Shown: positions 20,267-30,306 of the stretch, piece by piece
Numbering within the stretch: the stretch's first letter is position 1
How the letters are laid out: each line of letters starts with the position of its first letter
Origin: an uncultured Poribacteria bacterium
GTDB lineage: Bacteria > Poribacteria > WGA-4E > WGA-3G
Reading direction: 5' to 3'
DNA: 64,000 bases
NCBI GenBank assembly: GCA_951813565.1
Contig: OX638351.1
Span: forward strand, 288,001 to 352,000
Program-made: the position numbers and the translations under genes
The notes under the pieces: generated by a model
What the model was told of the DNA's origin: nothing
Database searches by the model: none
The model's input: only the letters and a program-made list of their open reading frames with translations

Positions 20267-22660
20267 TTGGGCAAATCAAATATCACTTTCATTTTGATGT
20301 TTGCTTTGCCCTTTGTTATAGCTATCTACTCACAAGAGAAATTGATGTCCATCTTGCAAACAGGACGTTTCCGCTCCCTCCAAAGATTACTACCAGACTT
20401 TAACGTAAGTTACAGTATTCATCTCCGTCCTTACGTGTGCCTTATTGTGATTTCAGCATTCTCGCTCGCAATTGGATTAGGCATAGCACTTCAGAACTAT
20501 CTCGTATTTGAATTTCATGACAATTCGGGTGTAGTTGGTCGGATAAGTGTTGATCAATACCCCAAACAACAAGAATTTTTCTACTACCTACTTGCACTTG
20601 TAGGAATCCCCGCCACTATTTGGCTTTATTGGTTCGGGTGGCTTACTTACTCACAATGGGCAGCCCAAGCAACTAATCAATCGATACACCGCGTGCTGAA
20701 ACTGAACGCGCTTGCTTCAGTGCCTTTGTGGTTGAGTTGGCTACAGATTTATAATTTTGATCAAGCTGGATTTTTGGGATTAACACTTCCAATCGGTTTA
20801 ACATTCCTATTTAAGTTAGTTCTATTCAGTCTCAGGTTTCAACCTATTGAAGGGAAAGAGGATACTATTTCATCAGAACCCCTTACTTTTCAAAGTGGTA
20901 AGATCTTTACAATGCCAAGAAGTGTGCATGTTTTGTTCCGTGGGTGTGAATATATTCTCCTGCCGTTATTTATTTACTTGCTTATATATAATGGCAATAT
21001 CAATGGTGGCATTGATATGTTCCATGAAGGTGAACGGTTAGCACCACTGAATGAGATGCGCCATGGTGGCGTAGTATTCCGTGATATTTATGTGCAACAT
21101 GGTCTCTTTCAGAATGCGTATTTAGCATGGTTCGGCAGTAAAATCTTTGAACCGACACTGATGGGGGTACGCGCTATGGAACGTGTCTTGGGACCACTCG
21201 GTTACATAGCACTATATCTGCTCGGTTTGCAAGTATTTCGAGGACGCTTTTTAACAGCCTTCTTATGTTTCCTAATTGCTTCTGGGAACAACTTTTCTGT
21301 TTCCCCAAGACACAGCCTTGGTTTACTCAGTTTTGCTTGTATTGCAAATTATCTAACATACAATCACGAGAAAGGATTTTTTGTGCCTTGGCAACGCAAT
21401 TTGTCTGAAAGACCTACATGGATATTTTTCCTCCTTAGGTTCGGTTGGAAACTTATTCTGGCAGGATTTTTTACCAGTTTAGCGTTCTGGTATAGTACTG
21501 AAGTTGGCTTGTATACACTCGGTGCAATCGGTCTTTTTCTGACAATTTACAGCGGACAACGGAGAATTCAACTACACCTACGACCTTTACCGTTGGGCGC
21601 TTATTGTTGTGGACTTCTGTTGGGCTTTCTTCCAGTGGCTATCTATTTTCTGTCTCACGGTGCGCTGGACGATGCAATCTGGAATTCGTATATTCAGTGT
21701 AAATATCAGCTTGCCACGTGGGGACTAAAATTTCCATCCTTATCTGGGACGCTTGCTATTTTATCAGAACAAGGATGGCAGGCGTTTTTCCTCAGCACAG
21801 GATTTCGATGGTATCTTCCGATCTGTGTCTTTGTGGTTACAGCGGCATATCTTACCTACCAACGGTTATGCAGAACTAATGTTTCCGTAGAAGACGCGTT
21901 GAAACTTCTGCTGCTGTTACTTGGCGGAATTGCATTTTTCCGAACTGCACTCGGTAGATCGGATGGTGGACATCTGAATTTCGGTGCTACCTTCTTATGG
22001 CTTCTCTGCCTGTTTCCAATAGACAGAGGTATATCTGGATTGTTAAACAACCTTTTTGGAGGAGAATCTGGCGAAAATCTCCGCTCCCGTCTCTCTTTAC
22101 TGAAAGATAGGGCACGCTGGCAATCTGTACTGAAAGCGGCATGGATACTTATTCCAATAGCGATGTTTGTTTGGTATGTTGGCGAAGTGCACCAACCTCT
22201 TACAAATTTTTCAGGTAAATGGGAGCGATTGCGTCAGAATCCGTTTAAGCGTAATCTTGCCGCTGCGGAGTTAGAGCGGGCAGGACAGATGGACATCCCA
22301 GATGATCAGGTTGAGCAGATCCAAAAAGTTGTGGCTTATATACAAGAAAATACTGCCCCGAATGAAAAGATTTTTGATTTTACAAGTCAAGGAGCATATT
22401 TTTTCTTTGCAAATCGGCCGAGTGTCACCCGATTTCATATGGTGTCGTATGCCTCAACACCTGGGATGCAGCAGGAGGTTGTCTCTGCGCTTGAACGCGA
22501 TCAGACGCGTTTGGTTATTTTCAAAACAGGGGGTTGGTTTGATAATGTTGACGGTATCCCTGTGGAGGAACGCCATCCGCTTATTTCAGAATACTTGGAA
22601 AAGCACTACGAACTCGCGATTAACATAAATGCTACAGAAATTTTATTGCGAAAAATGTAG
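20267..22660 (+). CDS. Large polytopic membrane protein (possibly GT-C fold glycosyltransferase-like)
   Basis: Many TM segments, DMFHEGE...FRDIYVQHG loop, soluble C-terminal domain; start codon uncertain. Confidence 0.5.
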   Translation: MGKSNITFILMFALPFVIAIYSQEKLMSILQTGRFRSLQRLLPDFNVSYSIHLRPYVCLIVISAFSLAIGLGIALQNYLVFEFHDNSGVVGRISVDQYPKQQEFFYYLLALVGIPATIWLYWFGWLTYSQWAAQATNQSIHRVLKLNALASVPLWLSWLQIYNFDQAGFLGLTLPIGLTFLFKLVLFSLRFQPIEGKEDTISSEPLTFQSGKIFTMPRSVHVLFRGCEYILLPLFIYLLIYNGNINGGIDMFHEGERLAPLNEMRHGGVVFRDIYVQHGLFQNAYLAWFGSKIFEPTLMGVRAMERVLGPLGYIALYLLGLQVFRGRFLTAFLCFLIASGNNFSVSPRHSLGLLSFACIANYLTYNHEKGFFVPWQRNLSERPTWIFFLLRFGWKLILAGFFTSLAFWYSTEVGLYTLGAIGLFLTIYSGQRRIQLHLRPLPLGAYCCGLLLGFLPVAIYFLSHGALDDAIWNSYIQCKYQLATWGLKFPSLSGTLAILSEQGWQAFFLSTGFRWYLPICVFVVTAAYLTYQRLCRTNVSVEDALKLLLLLLGGIAFFRTALGRSDGGHLNFGATFLWLLCLFPIDRGISGLLNNLFGGESGENLRSRLSLLKDRARWQSVLKAAWILIPIAMFVWYVGEVHQPLTNFSGKWERLRQNPFKRNLAAAELERAGQMDIPDDQVEQIQKVVAYIQENTAPNEKIFDFTSQGAYFFFANRPSVTRFHMVSYASTPGMQQEVVSALERDQTRLVIFKTGGWFDNVDGIPVEERHPLISEYLEKHYELAININATEILLRKM

Positions 22661-22987
22661 GCGGACTAAGTTTTATAAATTCGAGTTTGTTAACAAGTCT
22701 ACAAGTCACTGATCAGCATAGACGGCTATATCAGGAGCACTTTACAACTCCGAAGACCCAATCCTACAGGTTTTCGACTCTTTTTTTGTCCAAATTCTTC
22801 AAATTCACGAATTTCCATATTTTTGAATTTATACTTGATTTTTTTTTGCAATATTGTATCATTATTGCAAATAGTAGATAAATGGACACAGTGGTCCCAT
22901 TTTTCGCGCGATTTAGATTATCAATCCTCTATCTTTTTCAACAGACACACCATGCCAGTTTGTGTCATAAACAAAAGGAGGTATAAG

Positions 22988-23734
22988 GTGTTCAACAAAT
23001 GGATTTTTGGCGGCATTTGCTTCCTGATAGTGTTCGTTGTTGCGTGCGTGTTGTGGTATCAGTGGACCACTGCTCCCTATAGACAGGAAGCAGCCGATGC
23101 TGAAAAGCTGCTACGCCAATGGGAACTTTCTCAAGAAACCGATACAGGCAGCGAGGTGGAACAGGTAACCGATACCCCTGCGGAAAGCAGCGCGCAATCC
23201 GTAGAGAAACCTATAACCAAAACACCTACCGTAGTTTTAGAATCGGATGCAAACATAGGTGAGACAGCATACCTTGTTTCCGATTCCATGCAGAAAGTGA
23301 AAGTCGTTGAGAAGAGGCGTGTTTCTCCTCACGGCTTCGGTCCTTATCCTGAAGTGCCATCCAGTTTTGTTGAAGCTCTTGGTATACCTATTTGGCAGCA
23401 GGATGAGGAAAAATATTTCAAATCTACTATGAAAAGTCGACGTAACTTTGAACTTATGCATCGAGTTCTCATCAAACTATGGAACGAAGGAGATCAAGAT
23501 GTTTTAGGTGCTACTTTTGAGAACGGTAAGGTTTATCCTACCTATAGAGATGTCATATATTTAACGGAAAAAATAGAAACAGGGCCGGATGGCATTATCC
23601 GGGTGCATAGATCCGGACTTTCGGGGCAACCTGTTCAACTTTTTCCCGTAAAAGTCATTCCTGAAGGAATGCGTATCATAGACAGAGAAACTGGAGGGAT
23701 TGATCCCTATCAGTTTCTAAATCTGAACCAATGA
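22988..23734 (+). CDS. Hypothetical membrane-anchored protein
   Basis: GTG 22988 after AAGGAGG; one N-terminal TM; VSPHGFGPYPEVP and GGIDPYQFL segments. Confidence 0.65.
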   Translation: MFNKWIFGGICFLIVFVVACVLWYQWTTAPYRQEAADAEKLLRQWELSQETDTGSEVEQVTDTPAESSAQSVEKPITKTPTVVLESDANIGETAYLVSDSMQKVKVVEKRRVSPHGFGPYPEVPSSFVEALGIPIWQQDEEKYFKSTMKSRRNFELMHRVLIKLWNEGDQDVLGATFENGKVYPTYRDVIYLTEKIETGPDGIIRVHRSGLSGQPVQLFPVKVIPEGMRIIDRETGGIDPYQFLNLNQ

Positions 23735-23744
23735 GGAGCATACA

Positions 23745-23861
23745 ATGCAAAAGAAAGTTGTTTTTTTACTCGCTTCTATTTTCGTAGTTTTTTTTACAAT
23801 AGGGGTTGCATATAAGGTGCATTCACATCATGTTGTCACTGCAATAACGGATGCTCATTGA
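23745..23861 (+). pseudogene. 5' remnant of a secreted protein truncated at an IS fragment
   Basis: RBS GAGGAG then MQKKVVFLLASIFVVFFTIGVAYKVHSH..., running into transposase sequence. Confidence 0.45.
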
Positions 23862-24068
23862 GTCGGTGAATAAAGAACTCAAAACTCAGACAGAAATACA
23901 ACACACACGGCATAGAAGTCCTGTTAACTTTCAAGTGAACACAGTTGCTGCCTTGATCGCTTATACCTGTCTGACGAAGAAACCTTCACTCAAACACAAA
24001 GAACTCCAGGAAAATGACTATCAGTTGCCAATGATATGTAACTTCTAATTATTTATCAAACTCACGTT
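23851..24068 (+). mobile_element. IS982-family transposase 3' fragment with right end
   Basis: IESVN.ELK....I.HTRHRSPVNF.VN.VAALIAY is typical of the IS982 C-terminus; ends in ...AAACTCACGTT. Confidence 0.7.
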
Positions 24069-24096
24069 GTCCATAGCAACTTTAGTTAAAATACCA

Positions 24097-24579
24097 TCAT
24101 GTTAACGGCTCATCATCAATATCCATGCCTAATTGTTTAGCAAGTGCTTTCTGAATTTGGTTGAGTTGCGCACCAATTCTACGTTCAATTCCATCAACCC
24201 GTTCTTCAATTCTATCAACTCTTTCGTTGAAAACACTAACATCTTTCTGTAGCAAACCGAATTTCGCGTTCATCTCACTGAGTTGTGTTTCGAATTTCGC
24301 GTTCATTTCACTGAGTTGCGTTTTAATTTGAAGGGTTAAAACGAAGATAGAGATAAAGGACGCTGCGAGCAAACCAACAACCCACATAATGAGCGTATCC
24401 AAACGACCGTCTATCCTACTCACATTGCTTTCTATTCTGCTAATGCGTTGGTCCATCTGCTCCAAAGTTACTTCAATGCGTGTAAGGCGCGTTTCCTGAT
24501 TATCAGCATCTTTTTGCGTCATCCCGACTGGTGACAGAATCAAAAAAAGAAACAAGCATAGCAATAATTTACGTTTCAT
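24097..24579 (-). CDS. Hypothetical exported coiled-coil protein with one TM and an 11-aa tandem duplication
   Basis: MKRKLLL signal peptide after GGAGG; TQLSEMNAKF present twice. Confidence 0.65.
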   Translation of the reverse strand: MKRKLLLCLFLFLILSPVGMTQKDADNQETRLTRIEVTLEQMDQRISRIESNVSRIDGRLDTLIMWVVGLLAASFISIFVLTLQIKTQLSEMNAKFETQLSEMNAKFGLLQKDVSVFNERVDRIEERVDGIERRIGAQLNQIQKALAKQLGMDIDDEPLT

Positions 24580-24688
24580 GATAGGAACGCCTCCAAAGTG
24601 CATCTCACTGTAATTTTCCTGAACAAGATTAAGTATATCTACTGCAAAGTCAAAATGCAAGATTTTTTACAACTACGACAAGTTTATT

Positions 24689-24823
24689 TTTAGCGGATTC
24701 TACAATTAACTGGACATCTGAGCTGTCCGAGGGAACTCCGATTCCCGACTAACAGTGGTTTCATCGCGATTCGGAGATCGCTCCTACAGAATATATGTGA
24801 ACTTATTTACATAATTTACTATA
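24689..24823. mobile_element. 135-bp MITE-like element, copy 1
   Basis: Near-identical inverted copy at 48452-48586; TATAG-type ends; internal REP doublet. Confidence 0.8.
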
Positions 24824-25888
24824 ATCCTCTTGTTGTGCAACGAAGACGCGATAGATGTCTTCAAACAATCTTACATCCGTTAGCGTATCTTCAGCAGAAG
24901 AGCGGAACGGCTCAGGATTACGAAGGTTTTTAACAAAATATTCCGCTTCTCTGTGATATGCCCATGTCCAAGAAGGTCTCGGAATAGGTCGTGTTATCTC
25001 CTGCTCTTCGCCGGCGCGGTATATTTCAACCTCTGCAGGTGTGTTCTTCAGCAATAGTGGCGGTGCCCATGTGTGAATCCAGCCGTGTTGAAAATAAATC
25101 TGTGAATGCTCATCCCAACGGTAATGGGAAACATGTCCTGTTTCCAGCGTTACTCGTGTGCCAGCCATATCAAAAATTACAACACCTGTATACCCGTTTT
25201 CATTCAAATCAACTGCTTTAACGGTAACGTTATCACCAGCATCAAGAAACCACCGCATTAGATTGATATTGTGTGTATACTGCTGAAGGTATCCGATGTA
25301 TCCACCCCACCATTTTTCCGGAAGCCAATCAGGGAATTTCTGCGGTGCGCTCGGTTTCGGTTCGTCTGTACTGTCCATAGGAGTATCAAGATTACACACC
25401 CAGTCACCACCAAAACCGTGATTGCGGGCATAAGTCAACCGTCCAAGTTCATCCGTTTCACGAAATTGCATTATCTTCGCCTTGACAATTTCGTTGCCAG
25501 CATCGTAGCGTTTCATGTAGCCTACCATCAATTTCTTGCCAGATTCCTTTGAAGCATCTACTATCGCTTGTGCTTGTTCAACTGATACAGCCATCGGTTT
25601 TTCCATGAAGACGTGCTTTCCTGCATGCAGAAGGTCTATCGCAATCTCACCCTGTAAAGCAAAATCGGCGGATACTGCGACCGCTTCAATATCGGTATTT
25701 TGGGCAAGTTCAGTGTGGTCTCTATAGAGATGCGGAATGCCGAATCGTTGTTGGACTTTTTTTCCAAGTTCAGTACGCACCTCTGCGAGTCCGACGATCT
25801 CACATTCTGGAATACTTGCAAAATTCGGAATATGCACCTTCTGTGCCATGAACCCGCAACCGATATAACCGATTTTAACTTTTTCCAT
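24803..25888 (-). CDS. Gfo/Idh/MocA family oxidoreductase
   Basis: IGCGFMA Rossmann motif, GKHVFMEKPMA, VGYMKRYD. Confidence 0.9.
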   Translation of the reverse strand: MEKVKIGYIGCGFMAQKVHIPNFASIPECEIVGLAEVRTELGKKVQQRFGIPHLYRDHTELAQNTDIEAVAVSADFALQGEIAIDLLHAGKHVFMEKPMAVSVEQAQAIVDASKESGKKLMVGYMKRYDAGNEIVKAKIMQFRETDELGRLTYARNHGFGGDWVCNLDTPMDSTDEPKPSAPQKFPDWLPEKWWGGYIGYLQQYTHNINLMRWFLDAGDNVTVKAVDLNENGYTGVVIFDMAGTRVTLETGHVSHYRWDEHSQIYFQHGWIHTWAPPLLLKNTPAEVEIYRAGEEQEITRPIPRPSWTWAYHREAEYFVKNLRNPEPFRSSAEDTLTDVRLFEDIYRVFVAQQEDYSKLCK

Positions 25889-26332
25889 CTATCGGTCCCC
25901 TTTATTTGCAAGCGATTCTATCTGTTCTACTGCTGTTTGTGCACCCTCCCGCACGAGTGCAGAGGAATCATTTTGTGCCAGTTGTTTGAGTTTGTTTAGG
26001 CAAAGTTTTGCCTCCAATTTGCCAAGTGCTACTGCTACGAAATAACGGACATCCGCGTCCTCATCATCAAGTGCTTCCAGCAATGTTTCCGTATCCGAAG
26101 GGGTGGCGAGGTGCCGTTCCACATCACCGATATTGATCAATGATTGTGCTGCAATGCGTCGAGAGTGGATATCACCATGACGTAAGGACGCAAGTAATTC
26201 GTCATTGCCGGTGCCAATCGTCTTAAGAGTATCCCAATCACAATCCAAGCAGAACCATGAATTCGCATCTAACTGCTGGACGTTCCTTTTACCGCACTTA
26301 GGGCATTCCCCATACCCTTGTTGTTGATTCAT
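25889..26332 (-). CDS. HEAT-repeat protein with N-terminal Zn ribbon
   Basis: CPKCG...CLDCD; ALDDEDADVRYFVAVALGKL, DSSALVREGA; ATGA overlap with the upstream gene. Confidence 0.75.
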   Translation of the reverse strand: MNQQQGYGECPKCGKRNVQQLDANSWFCLDCDWDTLKTIGTGNDELLASLRHGDIHSRRIAAQSLINIGDVERHLATPSDTETLLEALDDEDADVRYFVAVALGKLEAKLCLNKLKQLAQNDSSALVREGAQTAVEQIESLANKGDR

Positions 26333-26703
26333 GATGGACCTATTGCCTCCATTTCTGGTAAATCTCGCCATATCTCTGGACCTTCTGGCTTGAAATTAAT
26401 TGTCGCAATGAACTGCATACCATGATAAAAGTTGATTTTAAACTTTCCGCCGCCAAAATTTTGTTTGAGATAATCTAAAGGTGCATCAATCAATGGACCC
26501 ATTTCGTCAGCATAGTAGAAAGCAAGTGGTTTGAACCTCACGGTGTTTCCTACAGGCTCCTGCACTAACAGTTGGGCGGAAGTAGCAGGAAAGAGCATTT
26601 GAAAAGCATCCCACAGGTCAGCGACAGTAGGATTCGGATTTCCGATTCGCTTTTTGAAATCATTCTCAAGATATTCAGAAAATGTATTAAAAACCCAGTC
26701 CAT
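26329..26703 (-). CDS. Hypothetical protein
   Basis: Co-oriented open frame translationally coupled to the HEAT gene; no family recognised. Confidence 0.65.
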   Translation of the reverse strand: MDWVFNTFSEYLENDFKKRIGNPNPTVADLWDAFQMLFPATSAQLLVQEPVGNTVRFKPLAFYYADEMGPLIDAPLDYLKQNFGGGKFKINFYHGMQFIATINFKPEGPEIWRDLPEMEAIGPS

Positions 26704-26744
26704 GATTAGTGTCCTGTTCAAGTTACCGATGGAATTTCAAAGTG

Positions 26745-27317
26745 TCAATCCAAATTAACGCGTGTGTAGATGTCGCTCAGAGATAGTTTGCATCCGGTGG
26801 AAGGAAGTGATAGCGTGTCTTGAAGTTCGTGAAACGTTTTCAACTTCCACTCCGTATCTTGAAGCTGGTAATGTTCTACATGAACTTTGTCTTGTGATAC
26901 AAGGATATATTCTTTTAAGGATGCTATTTGTTTATAGTATTCAAATTTCTCACCTCTGTCGTAAGCCTCAGTTGAAGGTGAAAGCACCTCTATGATAAGA
27001 ACTGGGTTGAGAAGTGTGTCAAGGGTATCATCCTCAAATTCTGGTTCGCCGCAAAAAACGACTACATCTGGATAGAAATAGGAAATGATCGGAGTAGTCT
27101 TTACACGCATATCGTTGGTAACTACTTCACACTCCTGTCCTCTCAATTGAATGTTAAGTTCAGTGGCTATATCCAATGTGATGCGTGTATGCGATAGACT
27201 TGCTCCGGACATCGCGAGTATCTCTCCGCTGAGGTATTCGCTTTTGAGTGTCGCCTTGCGTTCCAAAGAGATATATTCCTCTGGTGTATAGAGTGTTTGT
27301 GCGCTAAGAGAAGACAT
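26745..27317 (-). CDS. Uma2 family (PD-(D/E)XK) endonuclease
   Basis: EYLSGEILAMSGAS..H, YFYPDVVV, IIEVLSPSTEAYDRGEK, EYILVSQD. Confidence 0.92.
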   Translation of the reverse strand: MSSLSAQTLYTPEEYISLERKATLKSEYLSGEILAMSGASLSHTRITLDIATELNIQLRGQECEVVTNDMRVKTTPIISYFYPDVVVFCGEPEFEDDTLDTLLNPVLIIEVLSPSTEAYDRGEKFEYYKQIASLKEYILVSQDKVHVEHYQLQDTEWKLKTFHELQDTLSLPSTGCKLSLSDIYTRVNLD

Positions 27318-27399
27318 GCGTATCTCCTTGAATGTGGTTGTAGAAGAGTTTACAGTTATTAGACCATTTTATCCCACGTTGCTATTCAAACACTGTTCA

Positions 27400-27437
27400 A
27401 AATGTAAGAGGCGCAATAAATTGCGCGACTACAAACG
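27400..27437. repeat. REP-like unit AAATGTAAGAGGCGCAATAAATTGCGCGACTACAAACG
   Basis: Identical 38-bp copy at 37560-37597; degenerate copy near 9532-9563. Confidence 0.8.
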
Positions 27438-27518
27438 CATCTATTATAACCCAGGAGCCTTCAAGAAGTCCTTCCAATCAAAATTTGGCAGAGGGAACTC
27501 CTCTGTGGCTTTACATTG

Positions 27519-27932
27519 TCAGAACGTGGCAGCATTTTCAAAGAACTCAATATCCACACGTTCAATTTGTGCGGAACGCGCATTCTCTGCCACACGTTGC
27601 ACAACCATCTCCCGCACAAATGGAATGGGAATGCGTTTTACGCGATGCACTACTTCTTCCGTACAAGGCACATTGGTATTGTCAAGAAAAGGACCGTCCT
27701 GTGCCGCTGCTTCTGCGGGATGATCGCAGGTCTCAGGTACAAGTTGCTGTAAACGCATTGAGACGTAATCGGTCACCCACTGTTGAAACTTTTCGGTGTT
27801 TTCAGATTCTGCAACATTGGATTGTGGTGTCTGTTCCAACTTTTCATTGATGCTGGTAAGCAGGTTTTCCAAACGTGCCAAACGGTCTTCAACACTCGTC
27901 AATCGTTCTTGAACGTTAGTTTGCTCGCTCAT
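27519..27932 (-). CDS. Coiled-coil protein with C-terminal PCP_red-like domain
   Basis: CTEEVVHRVKRIPIPFVREMVVQRVAENARSAQIERVDIEFF. Confidence 0.7.
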   Translation of the reverse strand: MSEQTNVQERLTSVEDRLARLENLLTSINEKLEQTPQSNVAESENTEKFQQWVTDYVSMRLQQLVPETCDHPAEAAAQDGPFLDNTNVPCTEEVVHRVKRIPIPFVREMVVQRVAENARSAQIERVDIEFFENAATF

Positions 27933-27941
27933 GTTTCCTCC

Positions 27942-28661
27942 TTAAATTACCCAGTATTTCCATAGGTCTTCCGGAATTTCGTATCTAATTTCTTCACGCT
28001 GTTTATGATGATAGCGTGCAAATATGCCGACGCGTGGAATATCTCTGATATTGCCAGAACCCGTATGGCACAGATATGCGTGCCATAGCACAACATCCCC
28101 TGCCGCGCCTATAAACTCTCGTGGTCCTTCTGGTGATGAATCTGAAAAAACATTCCAACCCCACCCTTCAATATCCCTAAAACTACCATCAACCTGTTCA
28201 GGATATTTGAGGAAGTATTCATGTGTTGTGTGATGGCTCTTGGGCCAAAAGACGAAAGCCCCACCGCCAGGTTCTACATCGTATAGATAGGTTGTTGCCC
28301 CCATCATAAACGGACTCCAACCGCCAGGGCCGTAGGCATCAATGTGTCCACTACCCGGCATAGACCATTCTGCATCCGGATTAGGCCATTTCACAAGTGG
28401 GGCACCGCCTCCACCTGCAAACTCACCGCCACCGAGTTGATTAATAATCGCTTGCATAGCAGGCAATTGTCCAAAGTTTGGAGAAAAACCGAAGTTTTCT
28501 ACCACGTAATTGTCAGGCCATGTCTCTGGAGTCTCCAAACTGGAATTGAAATGCTTCCAAATTTGTTCCCGCCACCCATCAATTACATCTGGATCGATCG
28601 AGTTTTCAAGGATAAGGTATCCGTTTTCTTGAAAAGATTCCACCTGTTTTGTTGTTAGCAT
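27942..28661 (-). CDS. Phytanoyl-CoA dioxygenase (PhyH) family Fe/2OG oxygenase
   Basis: LT..QVE.F.ENGYL, HID, GG....PKSH, AGDVVLWH..L.H. Confidence 0.85.
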   Translation of the reverse strand: MLTTKQVESFQENGYLILENSIDPDVIDGWREQIWKHFNSSLETPETWPDNYVVENFGFSPNFGQLPAMQAIINQLGGGEFAGGGGAPLVKWPNPDAEWSMPGSGHIDAYGPGGWSPFMMGATTYLYDVEPGGGAFVFWPKSHHTTHEYFLKYPEQVDGSFRDIEGWGWNVFSDSSPEGPREFIGAAGDVVLWHAYLCHTGSGNIRDIPRVGIFARYHHKQREEIRYEIPEDLWKYWVI

Positions 28662-28732
28662 ACAAGTTGCCTCTATTGTTAAATGTAGAAATCGGGATTA
28701 CAAATCCCTCCTACAGAAGAAGATACAAAAGT

Positions 28733-30037
28733 CTAACGCCGCGGTCGAAAAGAGGGAATGCCAGTTTTGTCAAACCTCTCTTTGACTGCTTTCATAAGTT
28801 CAGGCGTTATTTCGCGATAACCGTGTTCACGAGCGTATTTTTCAACACTCTTGACAACCATGCCACGTGCAAATGACGGAACGCGCTTTAATCTCGCTTC
28901 CGCCGCCTCATTCCACTGCAAATCGTAATCGGGTTCTGACGCGAAAGCAGTTCGTTTCTCAAGTTGAACAGGTTGTTGTCCTTGCTGCCTTGGTTGATAT
29001 TCACAAGACTCATCTGCGGCAAGGTAGTTGCCGGTAGTGGCATAAGCACGTGCTCTACATCCACCACACACCTCTCTAAATTCGCACGCACCACATTTAC
29101 CCTCAAGCATATCCCGATTTCGCAAGTCATGGAAAGTTTCCGATTCATTCCACAGTTTGACAAAACTCTGATCTTTGAGATTACCAACACTGACAGGTAG
29201 ATACGGACACGGCGTCAGTTCACCTTCGGGACTGATGCGACAATAATAGATACCGCAAGGACACGTACCACTCGGATAACCTTGCAGGAACGCTGAATCA
29301 GACTGCTGTTCATAGATAACGCGTTTGTAGTGTGGCGCGCATTTCGCAGCGATGAGCATCTTCCCGCTGTATTCTGCTTGTAGTTGGAACATTGTCTCAA
29401 GCATCTTTTCATATTGCGTTGGGGTAATGTCCATTACTGTTTTGCCTCTCCCAGTACGCACGAGAAAATAGAGGTTTAACACCTTCGCTCCCAACTGATA
29501 GGCAAATTCCACAATCTCAGGGATTTCATCGTAATTCCACTGCGTTACAGAGGTTTGGACGAGAAAATCAAGTTGTGCGCGCTTGAGTGCTTCAACACCG
29601 TTCATTGTCGCTTTCCACGCGCCTTCCATCCCACGAAATTTGTCGTGATCTGATGGTTGGATAGAGTCAATGCTTAACCCTGCCCCCGTAACACCGTTCT
29701 GTTGCATCTTCTCAACCACTTCGTCATTGAGTAAAACACCGTTTGTTCCCATCACAACAAGAAATCCTGTGTCTGAAGCGTATTTTGAAATCTCCAGAAT
29801 ATCGGGACGCAACAGCGGTTCACCACCCGTGAGTATCAGCAGAATATGTGGATTGATTTCGGCTATCTCATCAATGACACGGAAACACTCTGATTGGCTT
29901 AACTCTGTATCTCTATGATAACCTTGCGGGAACTCGTCTGTGTCAACAAATCCTGCAGGAAGATAGCAGTGCGTACATTTCAGATTGCACAATCGGGTGA
30001 TATTCCATGAGACTGCCTGAACTTTGGTTTTTTCCAT
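28733..30037 (-). CDS. Radical SAM/SPASM protein (NirJ/AhbC/AhbD-like) with C-terminal PCP_red domain
   Basis: WNITRLCNLKCTHCY, TGGEPLLR, KCAPHY, CPCG...PCPYL...KCGACEFREVCGGCRARA; tail WNEAAEARLKRVPSFARGM. Confidence 0.88.
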   Translation of the reverse strand: MEKTKVQAVSWNITRLCNLKCTHCYLPAGFVDTDEFPQGYHRDTELSQSECFRVIDEIAEINPHILLILTGGEPLLRPDILEISKYASDTGFLVVMGTNGVLLNDEVVEKMQQNGVTGAGLSIDSIQPSDHDKFRGMEGAWKATMNGVEALKRAQLDFLVQTSVTQWNYDEIPEIVEFAYQLGAKVLNLYFLVRTGRGKTVMDITPTQYEKMLETMFQLQAEYSGKMLIAAKCAPHYKRVIYEQQSDSAFLQGYPSGTCPCGIYYCRISPEGELTPCPYLPVSVGNLKDQSFVKLWNESETFHDLRNRDMLEGKCGACEFREVCGGCRARAYATTGNYLAADESCEYQPRQQGQQPVQLEKRTAFASEPDYDLQWNEAAEARLKRVPSFARGMVVKSVEKYAREHGYREITPELMKAVKERFDKTGIPSFRPRR

Positions 30038-30306
30038 TTATTGTCAAACCTATAATTACGAATCTGATTGCCTCGGTTTTCAGATATTTACATTCCGCCC
30101 CTACGGGGCTAAAGACGTGAGACTACACCGTTCTATAAACATATTGTCCCTACGGGACTTTAAGGTATCTTACAATTGCCAATATACTGACGATCCCCGC
30201 CTTACAAACACTAAATCAAGCAATGCGCGGACGGCACGCGGAGCGTGCCTGCTACCATGTGTATACTTATTTTGGACGCCACCATAATTCTCAATAGCAA
30301 CGCGAA

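Noticed and set aside
22845..22871. CIRCE element
   Set aside because: Same 9-9-9 geometry, but the arms differ from TTAGCACTC and no chaperone gene follows.
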